Notes: a model not told the origin generated them from the letters alone. Shown: positions 29,849-39,662, counted from the first letter of the stretch. The stretch is 50,003 nucleotides of DNA from an uncultured bacterium (GCA_903854195.1 CAINVO010000034.1:1-50003); one strand, 5' to 3'. Made by a program: numbers and translations.

Positions 29849-30815
29849 ATTTTTCCAAACCAGCCTGGTACTGCTCCAAACTCTGAATAATAGCATCCAT
29901 TTTACCCAAGAAAATACCTTCAATATTGTGCCAAGATTCTTTTATACGGTGGTCAGTCACGCGATCCTGAAGAATGTTATACGTACGGATCTTCTCTGAT
30001 CTATCCCCTGTTCCTATTTGAGCCTTTCTGTTGGCAGCAAATTTTTTGGCATCTTCTTCTTGTTTCATTGCTTCAAGTTTAGCCAAAAGAATAGACATTG
30101 CCTTTTCACGATTTTTAAGCTGACTGCGCTCACTAGTTGAACGAACATCAATACCTGTTGGCTTGTGAATAAGACGTACAGCTGTTTCAACTTTATTAAC
30201 ATTTTGACCACCAGCACCTCCAGATCTAGAGAATTCCATTTCAATATCTACAGGATTAATTTCTATACTGATTTTTTTACGAATAGGAAGAATGGCAACT
30301 GATGCAGTAGATGTGTGTACGCGTCCCATTTTTTCTGTTGCAGGTACTCGCTGTATACGATGCACTCCTGTTTCAAAGCGGAGTAATCTGTAAACATCAA
30401 GACCGTGTATTTCAATGGAGGCTTCTTTATAGCCGCCGACCGCGCTTTCTGACTCGGAGACAATGTGACTAGTCCAACCGCGGGAGGCGGCAAAAGCTCG
30501 ATACATGTCAGCTAGCTCTCGAGCAAAAAGTGAAGCTTCTTCCCCTCCGGCACCGGCACGAACTTCAAGAATAATTTCTGATGGAAACTCCTCTTCTTTT
30601 TCTTCAGCCTTCAAGATATCCTGCATTTTTTCCAACAATGTCTTTTGTTGTAGATCTAGGTCAACAAGTTCGGCGTCTGCCATTTCTTTAAAAGCAGGAT
30701 CACTTTCAGCCATAATCAAAACTTCTCCGCGTTGTCGACTGAGTTTTTCATACTCACCTGCCCAATAATTAGTCTTGGGATTTTGTTTAAATTGTTCTAG
30801 GTTTATTTCTGACAT
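29847..30815 (-). CDS. prfA: Peptide chain release factor 1
   Basis: PAT anticodon motif (VPATE), [18 protein letters not shown]. Confidence 0.96.
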   Translation of the reverse strand: MSEINLEQFKQNPKTNYWAGEYEKLSRQRGEVLIMAESDPAFKEMADAELVDLDLQQKTLLEKMQDILKAEEKEEEFPSEIILEVRAGAGGEEASLFARELADMYRAFAASRGWTSHIVSESESAVGGYKEASIEIHGLDVYRLLRFETGVHRIQRVPATEKMGRVHTSTASVAILPIRKKISIEINPVDIEMEFSRSGGAGGQNVNKVETAVRLIHKPTGIDVRSTSERSQLKNREKAMSILLAKLEAMKQEEDAKKFAANRKAQIGTGDRSEKIRTYNILQDRVTDHRIKESWHNIEGIFLGKMDAIIQSLEQYQAGLEK

Positions 30816-30896
30816 TTTATAAATTTCTTATTTAACACACACTTGGGATTTTTACTATCACTTATTAGCTCTTACATTCTACCAATTTTTCCAAAC

Positions 30897-30927
30897 AAAA
30901 AAACCACCCAGGATGTGGTGGCTTTTT
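30897..30927 (-). terminator. Hairpin terminator after rpmE
   Basis: CCAC stem flanked by A and T tracts. Confidence 0.55.
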
Positions 30928-30937
30928 GTGAGCTTAG

Positions 30938-31183
30938 CTATTTTTCTGAACTAGTGTCTGAAACTGCTTTTGCTTTTGGTTTTGCACTTGACTGACGAGC
31001 CTTAAACTTTTCGACACGTCCAGCTGTATCTAGTGATTTCTCAAGTCCTGTGTAGAAAGGATGGCAATTACTGCAGATTTCAATATTTATCTTCTCTTTT
31101 GTACTACCAATAGTAAACACATGCCCACAAGCACATGTGGAGGTAGAATCTGCATAAAACTTTGGATGTATGTCTTTTTTCAT
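30938..31183 (-). CDS. rpmE: 50S ribosomal protein L31 (Zn-binding type)
   Basis: MKKDIHP, Cx[17 protein letters not shown]. Confidence 0.97.
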   Translation of the reverse strand: MKKDIHPKFYADSTSTCACGHVFTIGSTKEKINIEICSNCHPFYTGLEKSLDTAGRVEKFKARQSSAKPKAKAVSDTSSEK

Positions 31184-31243
31184 ATTTTTATAGGTTTTTA
31201 GAGTATAACAGAAAGTTCTAAAAAGGCAACTCCCTCTTATTTT

Positions 31244-32668
31244 TTACTGATTACCAGCCAAAATATCAATATTTCCTTGAAGCGCCGTTGCCTTTGCAAT
31301 AACCTGATCACCATAAAATTTATTACTACTATTACATGAACTTCCTGAATAATACTTACAAGCGGCGTTTCGTTCAGCTGTATAGCCACCATTTCCAGCC
31401 CCAAGATCAGATAAATACAGGGCAGAAGCCATGAAAGCATCTTTTGGATTCCAAGGATCTGGCTCTGATGAAATACCGAGGGAGGTCTTGAGACGTGAAA
31501 TATTCAGAGCCCAAGTAGAAGCGATAAACTGGGCCGGACCCATAGCCCCACCATAACCAACACTGAAAGGACAAGATACGCGAGTTTTGTAAGGGTCTCT
31601 GCCAAGAGCACCTGTAATGGCAAGAAACGGTTGAACATCTCGACTTGGCTTCATGATGTTTTTAACAGCCACACCTGTGCTAATTTTTATACCACTTCCA
31701 TCTGTAGCATTTGTCAGATAACATGCACCCACGTTTGAGCCAAGGTTACTTTCTTGTTGAATAACTGCGAGTAGAAATGCGGGTCGGACACCAGTCGCGG
31801 CAGAAGCAGCTTTTGCATAAACAACAGCATCTCCGAATTGAATTGAAGGTGCATCACGAAGCGAAAACAAAGCTGTTCGAATTTTTGAAGCCTGTGACTG
31901 TTTGTCTGCAATTGTAGATTGATAATTTTTCTGTTGAGTTTTGTTTAAACTTAAAAGCTTCTTTTTTTGGTTCTGAGCTGCCGTGATGTTTTGCTTTTCT
32001 GTTTCTACGTTCACTTCAATAGCCTGTTCCTGCACTCGCTTATCACTAAGTTGCTGCTTTGTTTGAACATTCTGATCTTTTGAAGATTTTATATCGCCAA
32101 GAATTGATCTTAATGACTGATTTATTGAAGCAAAGGAGTCAAGATCAATAAAAAACTTAGACAGATCTCCTCCACTAAGAAAAGCCTCCGCTAAAGAAAA
32201 ATTTTCGAGTTGGTTTGCCTGATTTATGATACGTCCAAGAGAACCTTGATCATGCCCTATCTGATCTGTAAGGGCATTAATGGTGTTATTAGTTACAGCA
32301 ATATTTTTACTAAGATTATCTATAGCAAGTTTATGAGCTTTGATTTTTAACTGAGCCTGTTTTACCTGTAGATCCAAAATTGAAATATCTCTACTGATTG
32401 ATGAAGCTTGATTTTGTGTAGTCGTAAGCTGACTAGTAACATCTGTGATTTGATTTTCCAAATCAGTCAAAGCTGTTTGACAAGCAATTTTTTGAGCTGG
32501 GGTATCACACTGAACACTCCCATTTGATGCCGCAGCTGATTGAATTTGTACTGCTGTCTGCGCGAAAGCTGGTTGCAAAAAAGAAACCGGATTAAGCACC
32601 AGTGAGAGTAATATTATTGAGATTGAAAATGATAGAAAAATGCTCCGTTTAAATAACGCGATAGGCAT
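31244..32668 (-). CDS. Secreted coiled-coil protein with C-terminal lytic transglycosylase-like domain
   Basis: Signal peptide, long Gln-rich coiled coil, QES catalytic motif, GAMGPAQF, DPWNP.DA; start reset to ATG 32668. Confidence 0.85.
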   Translation of the reverse strand: MPIALFKRSIFLSFSISIILLSLVLNPVSFLQPAFAQTAVQIQSAAASNGSVQCDTPAQKIACQTALTDLENQITDVTSQLTTTQNQASSISRDISILDLQVKQAQLKIKAHKLAIDNLSKNIAVTNNTINALTDQIGHDQGSLGRIINQANQLENFSLAEAFLSGGDLSKFFIDLDSFASINQSLRSILGDIKSSKDQNVQTKQQLSDKRVQEQAIEVNVETEKQNITAAQNQKKKLLSLNKTQQKNYQSTIADKQSQASKIRTALFSLRDAPSIQFGDAVVYAKAASAATGVRPAFLLAVIQQESNLGSNVGACYLTNATDGSGIKISTGVAVKNIMKPSRDVQPFLAITGALGRDPYKTRVSCPFSVGYGGAMGPAQFIASTWALNISRLKTSLGISSEPDPWNPKDAFMASALYLSDLGAGNGGYTAERNAACKYYSGSSCNSSNKFYGDQVIAKATALQGNIDILAGNQ

Positions 32669-32727
32669 AGCCGATATTATACCAATTTTTAAAGAGGAAA
32701 AACAGCTGCAGAACAATGTGTAAACAC

Positions 32728-32857
32728 AATTTAAAAACAAAATAAAAACACACCTTAGGGGGGCTCTCGGAGCGCGACGGCGCGAGAGTGAAGGAAAAAG
32801 TCAACAGACTTTTTACCTGTACCCGATAAAGTGTGTTTTTATTTTTGTTTTTAAATT
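32728..32857 (+). repeat. Foldback element family A, copy 3
   Basis: About 29-bp near-perfect arms; core GGGGCTCTCGGAGCGCGACGGCGCGAGAGTGAAGGAAAAAGTCAACAGACTTTTTACCTGTACCC. Confidence 0.93.
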
Positions 32858-32863
32858 AACACA

Positions 32864-33508
32864 TTACTCAGCAGCTGATTCTCCCTCTTCTTCTTTCTTA
32901 CCTTTCTTCTCAGAGATTTCAATTGCTGATAGATCAACTGGAGTAGCTTCTTCTTCCTTCTCCTCCTTTGGAGCAGCAGTTAGAGCGATAACTTCTTCAG
33001 CTTCTGTAATAAGAGTAACTCCTGCAGGCAATTTGATTTCATTTGCCAATACTTGGCTATCAAATGTAGCGAGTGTAGAAATATCTACTGTTAACTCATG
33101 TGGTAGGTCCTTAGGCAAAGCTTCAATTTCAACTTCGTGCAATACTTTTACAAGTACTCCACCAAGCTCTTTGACAGCTGGAGCAACACCAACGAATTCC
33201 AATGGAACGTGAACTTGAACTTTTTTACCTTTTTCAAGAATATAAAAGTCAACATGTTTAACGACTCCTGTTACAGGATCAACGTAAACATCATGGATAA
33301 GTGCCTCGTGGTCCTCGCCAACACCTTTTAGGGTGATAACGGAAGATTCGCCTGCCTCTTTCCATGCCTTTAGAAAATCAACTTTAGGCACCGAAATAGA
33401 CGTTGACGGCTCTTTACGACCATAAAATACTGCTGGGATAATGCCTGAGGCGCGCATTTCATCCAGTTTCTGGGCGATATCTCGCTTTACAACGTTTAAT
33501 GTAGTCAT
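32864..33508 (-). CDS. rplY: 50S ribosomal protein L25 (long Ctc form)
   Basis: IPAVFYG, HVDFY, VPLEFVG..GGVL; acidic tail; start reset to ATG 33508. Confidence 0.95.
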   Translation of the reverse strand: MTTLNVVKRDIAQKLDEMRASGIIPAVFYGRKEPSTSISVPKVDFLKAWKEAGESSVITLKGVGEDHEALIHDVYVDPVTGVVKHVDFYILEKGKKVQVHVPLEFVGVAPAVKELGGVLVKVLHEVEIEALPKDLPHELTVDISTLATFDSQVLANEIKLPAGVTLITEAEEVIALTAAPKEEKEEEATPVDLSAIEISEKKGKKEEEGESAAE

Positions 33509-33588
33509 GCGAGCCATCATAACCTATTTTGCTTAAAAATCAAGTCTTTATTTAAACAAACCTTCAAAAAATATGAGGTCTATGTACC

Positions 33589-34062
33589 TTAATTACACAA
33601 ATATGAATTGTTGTTGATACCAGTTGAGGTTCCCGACTTGCCAGTACTATCAACACAATATGTTACACCTCCGGACGGACTTGAACTTGCGGCCACTGCC
33701 CATGCATATGTTGGGGTAGTTGATGCAGCACAATAAACATTTGCACCACCCACGGAAGTAATACCTGCGATAAGTCCAGAGACACCATTAGCAACGGACG
33801 CTGTATTAAATGGCGCCTGACTTGTGCACACAGTTTTAGCAGGAGCTGCCGCCACGCCATAGTTACCCTTTGTTGAATAATACATTTCCATCTGAGATCT
33901 AAGATTTACAAGTTGAAGCTGTACGGCTGAAGTTTTGCCTTTCTGTCTAGCAACACTAAGAGCTGCCAAAACGATTCCAGATAAAATAGTAATAATTGCA
34001 ATAACTATCAATAGTTCTATTAGGGAAAAACCTGAATTCGCTTTTTTAGTCATTACTTTCAT
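33589..34062 (-). CDS. Type IV pilin-like protein
   Basis: Prepilin motif G|FSLIELLIVIAII, C-terminal YCVDSTG. Confidence 0.9.
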   Translation of the reverse strand: MKVMTKKANSGFSLIELLIVIAIITILSGIVLAALSVARQKGKTSAVQLQLVNLRSQMEMYYSTKGNYGVAAAPAKTVCTSQAPFNTASVANGVSGLIAGITSVGGANVYCAASTTPTYAWAVAASSSPSGGVTYCVDSTGKSGTSTGINNNSYLCN

Positions 34063-34072
34063 ATTATCAGAT

Positions 34073-34978
34073 TTATAATCTCAAATCTATACGTATCTTT
34101 TCTTCAGCAACTTTCTGCATTGCTAGGCCAGCGCTTGCTGTAATTTTATATGGTGTGTTTTCATCTGTATTTTCAGCAAGATATTTTCTAAGAGCCTGAG
34201 TATAGGCAAAACGAAGCTCAGTACTAACATGAACAATACCTACTCCATTTTCAATACTTTTTTTAACATCTTCAGCAGAGTTTCCTGATGCACCATGAAG
34301 CACTAATGGGATTTTAACAACATTATAAACAGAAGCCACGGCCTCAATATTTAAAGCAGGATCTACCCCACCACGAAGCATTCCATGAAAATTACCAACG
34401 GCAGGGGCAAGCAAATCCACCCCCGTCTCATTTACAAAACGAATTGCATCTTCTGGTTTGGTCAATGAATCAACTGAAAGAGAAGCTCCATCTGGAATAG
34501 CATCGAGCACCTTTGAGGACTGTCCAATGTATCCGAGTTCCCCTTCAATCAAGATGTCTCGTCCCGTTTTTTGCATTAAATCTTTTGCATATTCTACACA
34601 TTTTTTTGCCTCAATAATATTTTCCTCCATTGAAAGTTTTGCCCCATCAAAAATTGCCATGTCGTATCCTGCATCTAGAGCCTCTTTTACCTTTTCAAAT
34701 GAGTATGTGTGATCAGCATTTAGAAAAACAGGCTGTCCCTTTACTCGAAGACTCTGAACAAGAGCCACTGCCTGGTCTAAGCCTATAACCTCCCTCTCAC
34801 CTTCCGATGTTCCAATAATTACTGGAATAGTCTGTTCATTGGTGAGCCCGATTTCTTTTGACACAACCTGCGCAGCTTTTACAACCGCCCAAAAACCTTC
34901 TAGGTTTGAAATATTAAAATGAGCGACAGCTGTCTTTGATTCTGATGCTTCTTTTACGTACTGGCGAAGTGATTTCAT
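34073..34978 (-). CDS. fba: Class II fructose-bisphosphate aldolase
   Basis: NADH, EGELG, AVGNFHG, PLVLHGASG. Confidence 0.92.
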   Translation of the reverse strand: MKSLRQYVKEASESKTAVAHFNISNLEGFWAVVKAAQVVSKEIGLTNEQTIPVIIGTSEGEREVIGLDQAVALVQSLRVKGQPVFLNADHTYSFEKVKEALDAGYDMAIFDGAKLSMEENIIEAKKCVEYAKDLMQKTGRDILIEGELGYIGQSSKVLDAIPDGASLSVDSLTKPEDAIRFVNETGVDLLAPAVGNFHGMLRGGVDPALNIEAVASVYNVVKIPLVLHGASGNSAEDVKKSIENGVGIVHVSTELRFAYTQALRKYLAENTDENTPYKITASAGLAMQKVAEEKIRIDLRL

Positions 34979-35066
34979 TTTGATTGTTGATAATCTGTTA
35001 ATTTGTTGGGCTTATTTTAACATGCCCTGACCTGACAGGATACAGCTCTGTGGTACAATATAGGCC

Positions 35067-36167
35067 ATGAATAATTCATCAATAAATGATTCTGGAGATA
35101 TACAGGCGTCTGACACAGATAAACATGAGGAACCAGTAGGACTAGAATTTTTAGCAATTGGAGACACAGTTATAGATGCTTTTATAAAACTCAAACAAGC
35201 ACATGAAGTAAAAACAGCTGGGAAAGAACCAGAGCTGTGTATGCCGTTTGCGGACAAAATTCCTTATGAGATGTCCGAAGAACTACCCGCAGTAGGAAAC
35301 AGCGCCAACGGTGCAGTCTCCGCAACAAGACTTGGAATGAAATCTGGGATTATCACCAACCTAGGTGACGACCAACACGGTAAAGAATGTTTAGACAGAT
35401 TTCATCTAGAAAATATTGATACATCTCTTATCACTATCCACCAAGGCTTAAAGACAAATTACCATTATGTACTTTGGTTTGAAAAAGATCGAACTATTTT
35501 AATAAAGCATGAAATCTATCCATACAAACTTCCATCAGTTCTGACTCCAAAATGGCTTTATTTAAGTTCCCTCGGAGAAAATTCTCTGGATTATCACAAA
35601 GAAATTTCAGAATATTTAAAAGCAAATCCTTCAATAAATCTTATTTTTCAACCAGGCACTTACCAGATAAAATTTGGTAAAGAAATTCTTGCAGAAATTT
35701 ACAAGCGTTCAAAAATTTTTGTCTGCAACATTGAGGAGGCTCAACACATACTTGGTATCACAGATAGTCGTGATGTCAAAATTCTTATGGAAAAAATATC
35801 AAATCTTGGACCAGAGATTGTAGTACTCACAGACGGACCAGACGGAGCCTATGCTAGATACAAAAGAAATAATCCAGAAAGCGAACAAGGATCAAATCAA
35901 TCGCAAAATTTCGTATCAGTATTTATACCAGCATATCCTGACCCACTTCCTGCATACGAACGAACAGGTGCGGGTGATGCTTTTTGTTCAACATTTTCAG
36001 TGGCTATAGCTCTTGGAAAAACCAAGGAAGAAGCCATGAAATGGGGTTCAATAAATGCAGCTTATGTTGTACAACAAGTTGGTGCCCAGAAAGGACTTTT
36101 ATCAAGAGATCGAGTAGAAAAAATCATGTCTGAAGCTCCATCAGATTGGCAAGTCAAAGAAATCTAA
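35067..36167 (+). CDS. PfkB/ribokinase-family carbohydrate kinase
   Basis: GNSANGA, GDD..G, N.EEA, TGAGDAF. Confidence 0.92.
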   Translation: MNNSSINDSGDIQASDTDKHEEPVGLEFLAIGDTVIDAFIKLKQAHEVKTAGKEPELCMPFADKIPYEMSEELPAVGNSANGAVSATRLGMKSGIITNLGDDQHGKECLDRFHLENIDTSLITIHQGLKTNYHYVLWFEKDRTILIKHEIYPYKLPSVLTPKWLYLSSLGENSLDYHKEISEYLKANPSINLIFQPGTYQIKFGKEILAEIYKRSKIFVCNIEEAQHILGITDSRDVKILMEKISNLGPEIVVLTDGPDGAYARYKRNNPESEQGSNQSQNFVSVFIPAYPDPLPAYERTGAGDAFCSTFSVAIALGKTKEEAMKWGSINAAYVVQQVGAQKGLLSRDRVEKIMSEAPSDWQVKEI

Positions 36168-36209
36168 AGCCAGAATATTTTTAATTTAAATTTTCAACTA
36201 GTTTTTAGA

Positions 36210-37235
36210 CTAGAAAATATTTTTTCTAGTACGAACTTTTTCAATAGCTATCCCAATATCTGACTCCCCCATTCCGTAATATTCTAAAAGTTCATCGGGT
36301 GTACCGGATTGTCCAAAACGATCACACACTCCAATAAATTCAATTGGTACTGGAAAAAATCTAGCTACACACTCTGCAATAGCACTACCCATTCCTCCAT
36401 ATACTTGATGCTCTTCTATTGTCACAAGTGCTCCAGCTTCTCGAGCTAAAGCAATGATTGAAGCTTCATCGAGGGGTTTAATTGTGGAAAGATTTAAAAC
36501 CTTAATAGATCCGAGTCCCTCATCTGCATATTTTTTTGCAACTTTAAGTGCTTTGTAAAGAAGTGCCCCTGTTGCAATCACACCTACATCAACTTTTTTA
36601 AAGTCCTTTATGAAATCTTTTGGATCAAAAAAAACCTGAGCCTGCCCAATTTTAAAAGGTGTTTCTTCGCTAGTCATGATTGGAGTTTTCTCGCGCGCTA
36701 GGCGTATATACGTTGGTTCTTTTGTAGTGGCAGCTGCCATTGTAGCCTTACGCGCCTCTATAGCATCGCATGGGGATATCACCACCATATTTGGAATAAC
36801 CCGAGTAATAGCAATGTCCTCAATAGCCTGATGAGTTCCACCATCTGGCCCTACAGAAACCCCAGCATGTGACCCTGCAATTTTCACAGGGACATCGTTG
36901 TAGCAAATTGTTGTGCGAATCTGTTCCCAATTTCTTCCAGGAGAAAACATTGCATAAGAGGAGATAAAAGGTATTTTACCCATAGCCGCCATACCTGAAG
37001 CAACTGATGCGAGATTTTGTTCAGCAACCCCCACCTGTACAAAACGCTCAGGAAATCTTTCCTTAAATAAATACATTTGAGTTGACTCTGAGAGGTCCGC
37101 GCAAAGACCCACTACATTTTCATCAAGCTTTCCTGCCTCAAGCAATCCATCACCAAATCCACGACGTATTGGCAACATCTCAATGTCTTTTTCAAAAAGT
37201 TTTGGATTTAGTTTTAAATTATTTTCTTTTGGCAT
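36210..37235 (-). CDS. Transketolase, C-terminal subunit
   Basis: GVAEQN, GPDGGTHQAIED, IEEHQVYGGMG. Confidence 0.93.
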   Translation of the reverse strand: MPKENNLKLNPKLFEKDIEMLPIRRGFGDGLLEAGKLDENVVGLCADLSESTQMYLFKERFPERFVQVGVAEQNLASVASGMAAMGKIPFISSYAMFSPGRNWEQIRTTICYNDVPVKIAGSHAGVSVGPDGGTHQAIEDIAITRVIPNMVVISPCDAIEARKATMAAATTKEPTYIRLAREKTPIMTSEETPFKIGQAQVFFDPKDFIKDFKKVDVGVIATGALLYKALKVAKKYADEGLGSIKVLNLSTIKPLDEASIIALAREAGALVTIEEHQVYGGMGSAIAECVARFFPVPIEFIGVCDRFGQSGTPDELLEYYGMGESDIGIAIEKVRTRKNIF

Positions 37236-37284
37236 TTTATTTTTTATTTGTGTACATTAATCAATGTTTATTTTATGCACATTT

Positions 37285-38178
37285 TTACTGATGTTCACTA
37301 GAAATTTTTCCTCCCAAAGTTCGGAGTTCGGCAAGAGCCATATCGGCTTCGGCTTTACTTGGTGGTTTACCATGCCATTCTGGTTTTCGTTCAAACTCTT
37401 TTACACCACGGCCTGGAATAGTATGAGCAATGATGACAGATGGCTTTTCAAAAAAGGCTTTTGCTTGTTCTATAGCATCAGCAATTTGTTGAAAATTATG
37501 ACCATCAATTTGCTGAACATGCCAACCAAAAGACTTCCACTTTTCATATAAGGGAGAAAGGGGCATAACATCTTCAGTAAAACCATCTATTTGAATATTA
37601 TTTCTATCCACAATTGCAATGAGATTACTTAATCTTTCTTTACTTCCCAACATTGCAGCCTCCCAATTTTGACCCTCGTCAAGCTCTCCATCACCAAGCA
37701 AACAATATATAAAACGATCAATTCCAGATGGACCTCTAAGTTCAGCTCCTGTACGATTTTTAGTATTTATTTGGTCTGCTATCGCCATACCAACAGCTTG
37801 TGAAAGACCTGACCCTAATGGACCTGAGCTATTTTCTAAATATGGTAAAAAATCTCGATGTGGATGACCCTGCAAACGTGAACCGAATTTTCTTAAAGTT
37901 TGCAACTCTTCTACTGGAAAATATCCACTATGGGCCATGGTTGCATAAAGCACTGGACAGATATGTCCATTTGAAAGTACTAGCCTGTCACGCTCCGGCC
38001 AAGTGGGATTTTTAGGATCGTGACGAAGTGAATGAAAATATAAAGTAGTAAAAATATCTGCCATACCAAGTGGTCCGGCAGTATGACCAGACCCAGCAGT
38101 AACAAGCATTGAGATAATAGATTGCCTTATCTCATTTGCGGTTTTTTCAAGCAGGATAATTCCTTGATCTGTTAACAT
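37285..38178 (-). CDS. Transketolase, N-terminal (TPP-binding) subunit
   Basis: SGH, DRLVLSNGH, LQGHP, GDGELDEG...N TPP motif. Confidence 0.94.
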   Translation of the reverse strand: MLTDQGIILLEKTANEIRQSIISMLVTAGSGHTAGPLGMADIFTTLYFHSLRHDPKNPTWPERDRLVLSNGHICPVLYATMAHSGYFPVEELQTLRKFGSRLQGHPHRDFLPYLENSSGPLGSGLSQAVGMAIADQINTKNRTGAELRGPSGIDRFIYCLLGDGELDEGQNWEAAMLGSKERLSNLIAIVDRNNIQIDGFTEDVMPLSPLYEKWKSFGWHVQQIDGHNFQQIADAIEQAKAFFEKPSVIIAHTIPGRGVKEFERKPEWHGKPPSKAEADMALAELRTLGGKISSEHQ

Positions 38179-38205
38179 TTTATTTATTTAAATTATACCA
38201 AAGTA

Positions 38206-38277
38206 TTGCAAATATATACACGACCTTTTTACTAAGCGCTTCGCTAACCCGTAAAAAGGTCGTGTATATATTTGCAA
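38206..38277 (-). repeat. Foldback element family B, copy 3 (core reversed)
   Basis: 27-bp perfect arms; 38232-38252 is the reverse complement of ACGGGTTAGCGAAGCGCTTAG. Confidence 0.93.
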
Positions 38278-38334
38278 CCATTTAGCGTTATTCAACAAAC
38301 CAGGCATTGGATTTTTGACGAGAATAATTCTGAG

Positions 38335-38412
38335 GTAGCCCTGTAGGAAAATATCTTTTTGAACGGGTTAGCGAAGCGCTTAGAGAAAAAAGATATTTTC
38401 CTACAGGACTAC
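38335..38412 (+). repeat. Foldback element family B, copy 4
   Basis: 26-bp arms (25/26) around GAACGGGTTAGCGAAGCGCTTAGAGA. Confidence 0.93.
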
Positions 38413-38429
38413 TTTAGTTATTATCTTTA

Positions 38430-39152
38430 TTATTCAAAACAGTCATCAAGAGCGTGTATCTCTCCAGCAACATCAATACTTTCTATAAGATCATGACCGA
38501 CGACTAGTCTAGATGCACCTGCATCAATCAGATCGAGCGCTGTGGCAATAGTAACGGCTCCATCAACACTTATTGTTAAATCAGGAAAAGCGTCTCTAAT
38601 AGCTTGAACCTTAACTAACGAACGAGGATCAAAATCCTGACTTTGAAAACCTACATTGGCAATTCCCATCACTTGAACAAGATCAAGCCGATCTCGTATT
38701 TCAGAAATATAAGAAATATCATCTTCTACAGCAGAATCCAAATGAACGGCAAGACCAGCAAAAACCCCACGAGAAGAAAGCTCTTCCAAAATTTTCTCTA
38801 AAGTTTCTTTATCATACTTTCCATCTCGTTTTGGATGAAGAACAATACACTCTGCCCCAGCCATTATCCATTTGTCTATTTCTGCAGCTGGGTCAACAAC
38901 CATAAGATCAATTTCAAAATTTATATCCTGCCAAAAAGGCAAGCCCTCTTCTTGGTCAACAAGCTTTTGAAGGTCACCTTGTGCCGCTTCTGTTCTATAA
39001 GGCCATGAAGCCTTTGGTGTAAGTTCCCCATCACAAACATCTATTTGAACTAAAGGTACAAAATTTTTAAATCTACAAACACCGTCCACCAAGTCGCGAT
39101 CTCGTGAAGGTAAAATTGCAGGAACTATTCTTGATGAAATATATTTTGACAT
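38430..39152 (-). CDS. rpe: Ribulose-phosphate 3-epimerase (divergent)
   Basis: PAIL, QIDVCDG, DLMV, QVMG..GFQ.Q.F, ISVDG; pentose phosphate context. Confidence 0.85.
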   Translation of the reverse strand: MSKYISSRIVPAILPSRDRDLVDGVCRFKNFVPLVQIDVCDGELTPKASWPYRTEAAQGDLQKLVDQEEGLPFWQDINFEIDLMVVDPAAEIDKWIMAGAECIVLHPKRDGKYDKETLEKILEELSSRGVFAGLAVHLDSAVEDDISYISEIRDRLDLVQVMGIANVGFQSQDFDPRSLVKVQAIRDAFPDLTISVDGAVTIATALDLIDAGASRLVVGHDLIESIDVAGEIHALDDCFE

Positions 39153-39164
39153 GTTTTTTAAAAT

Positions 39165-39617
39165 TTAATCTATTTTTGCGATTCTTCTTGCGTGCCTTTC
39201 CTCTCCTGAAAATTTTGTTTCAAGCCAAATCTTAGTGACATCACGAGCCTCTGAATCTGTAAGGAAATGCGCTCCGAGAGATAAAATATTTGCATCATTA
39301 TGTTGTCTTGAAAGTTTTATTATTTCTATCGGTTCACCATAATAAACTACTGCTCTTACGCCCTTATATCTATTTGCAACAATTGCCTCTCCTTGACCAG
39401 AATGCCCTAAAATAACAGCTTTTGCTTCTCCAGCAAAGCTATTTTGATCTTTACTAATCTCTTGTGCAACTAATTTTATATAATCAGGATAATCATCTCC
39501 AGCAACAAACTTAGATGGTCCCAAATCTTTTACATCATGACCCCACTCTTTTAGCCAAATATTAAGCTTTTCTTTTAGCTCGAAGCCTGCATGATCTGAT
39601 CCTAAATATATTTTCAT
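39165..39617 (-). CDS. rpiB: Ribose-5-phosphate isomerase B
   Basis: GSDHAG, DYPD, SGQGE, HNDAN, RHARRI. Confidence 0.94.
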   Translation of the reverse strand: MKIYLGSDHAGFELKEKLNIWLKEWGHDVKDLGPSKFVAGDDYPDYIKLVAQEISKDQNSFAGEAKAVILGHSGQGEAIVANRYKGVRAVVYYGEPIEIIKLSRQHNDANILSLGAHFLTDSEARDVTKIWLETKFSGEERHARRIAKID

Positions 39618-39662
39618 TTATGTTTTTTAATTTAAATTTGGAGACATTGTAAGACTTTATAC

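Noticed and set aside
27915-38178. Short EF-Ts and two-gene transketolase as pseudogenes or novelties
   Set aside because: Both are established natural architectures with intact motifs
17669-38412. CRISPR array or integron attC cassettes for the repeated hairpins
   Set aside because: Copies are dispersed with no regular repeat-spacer period, no cas or integrase gene, no RYYYAAC/GTTRRRY ends, and they flank housekeeping genes
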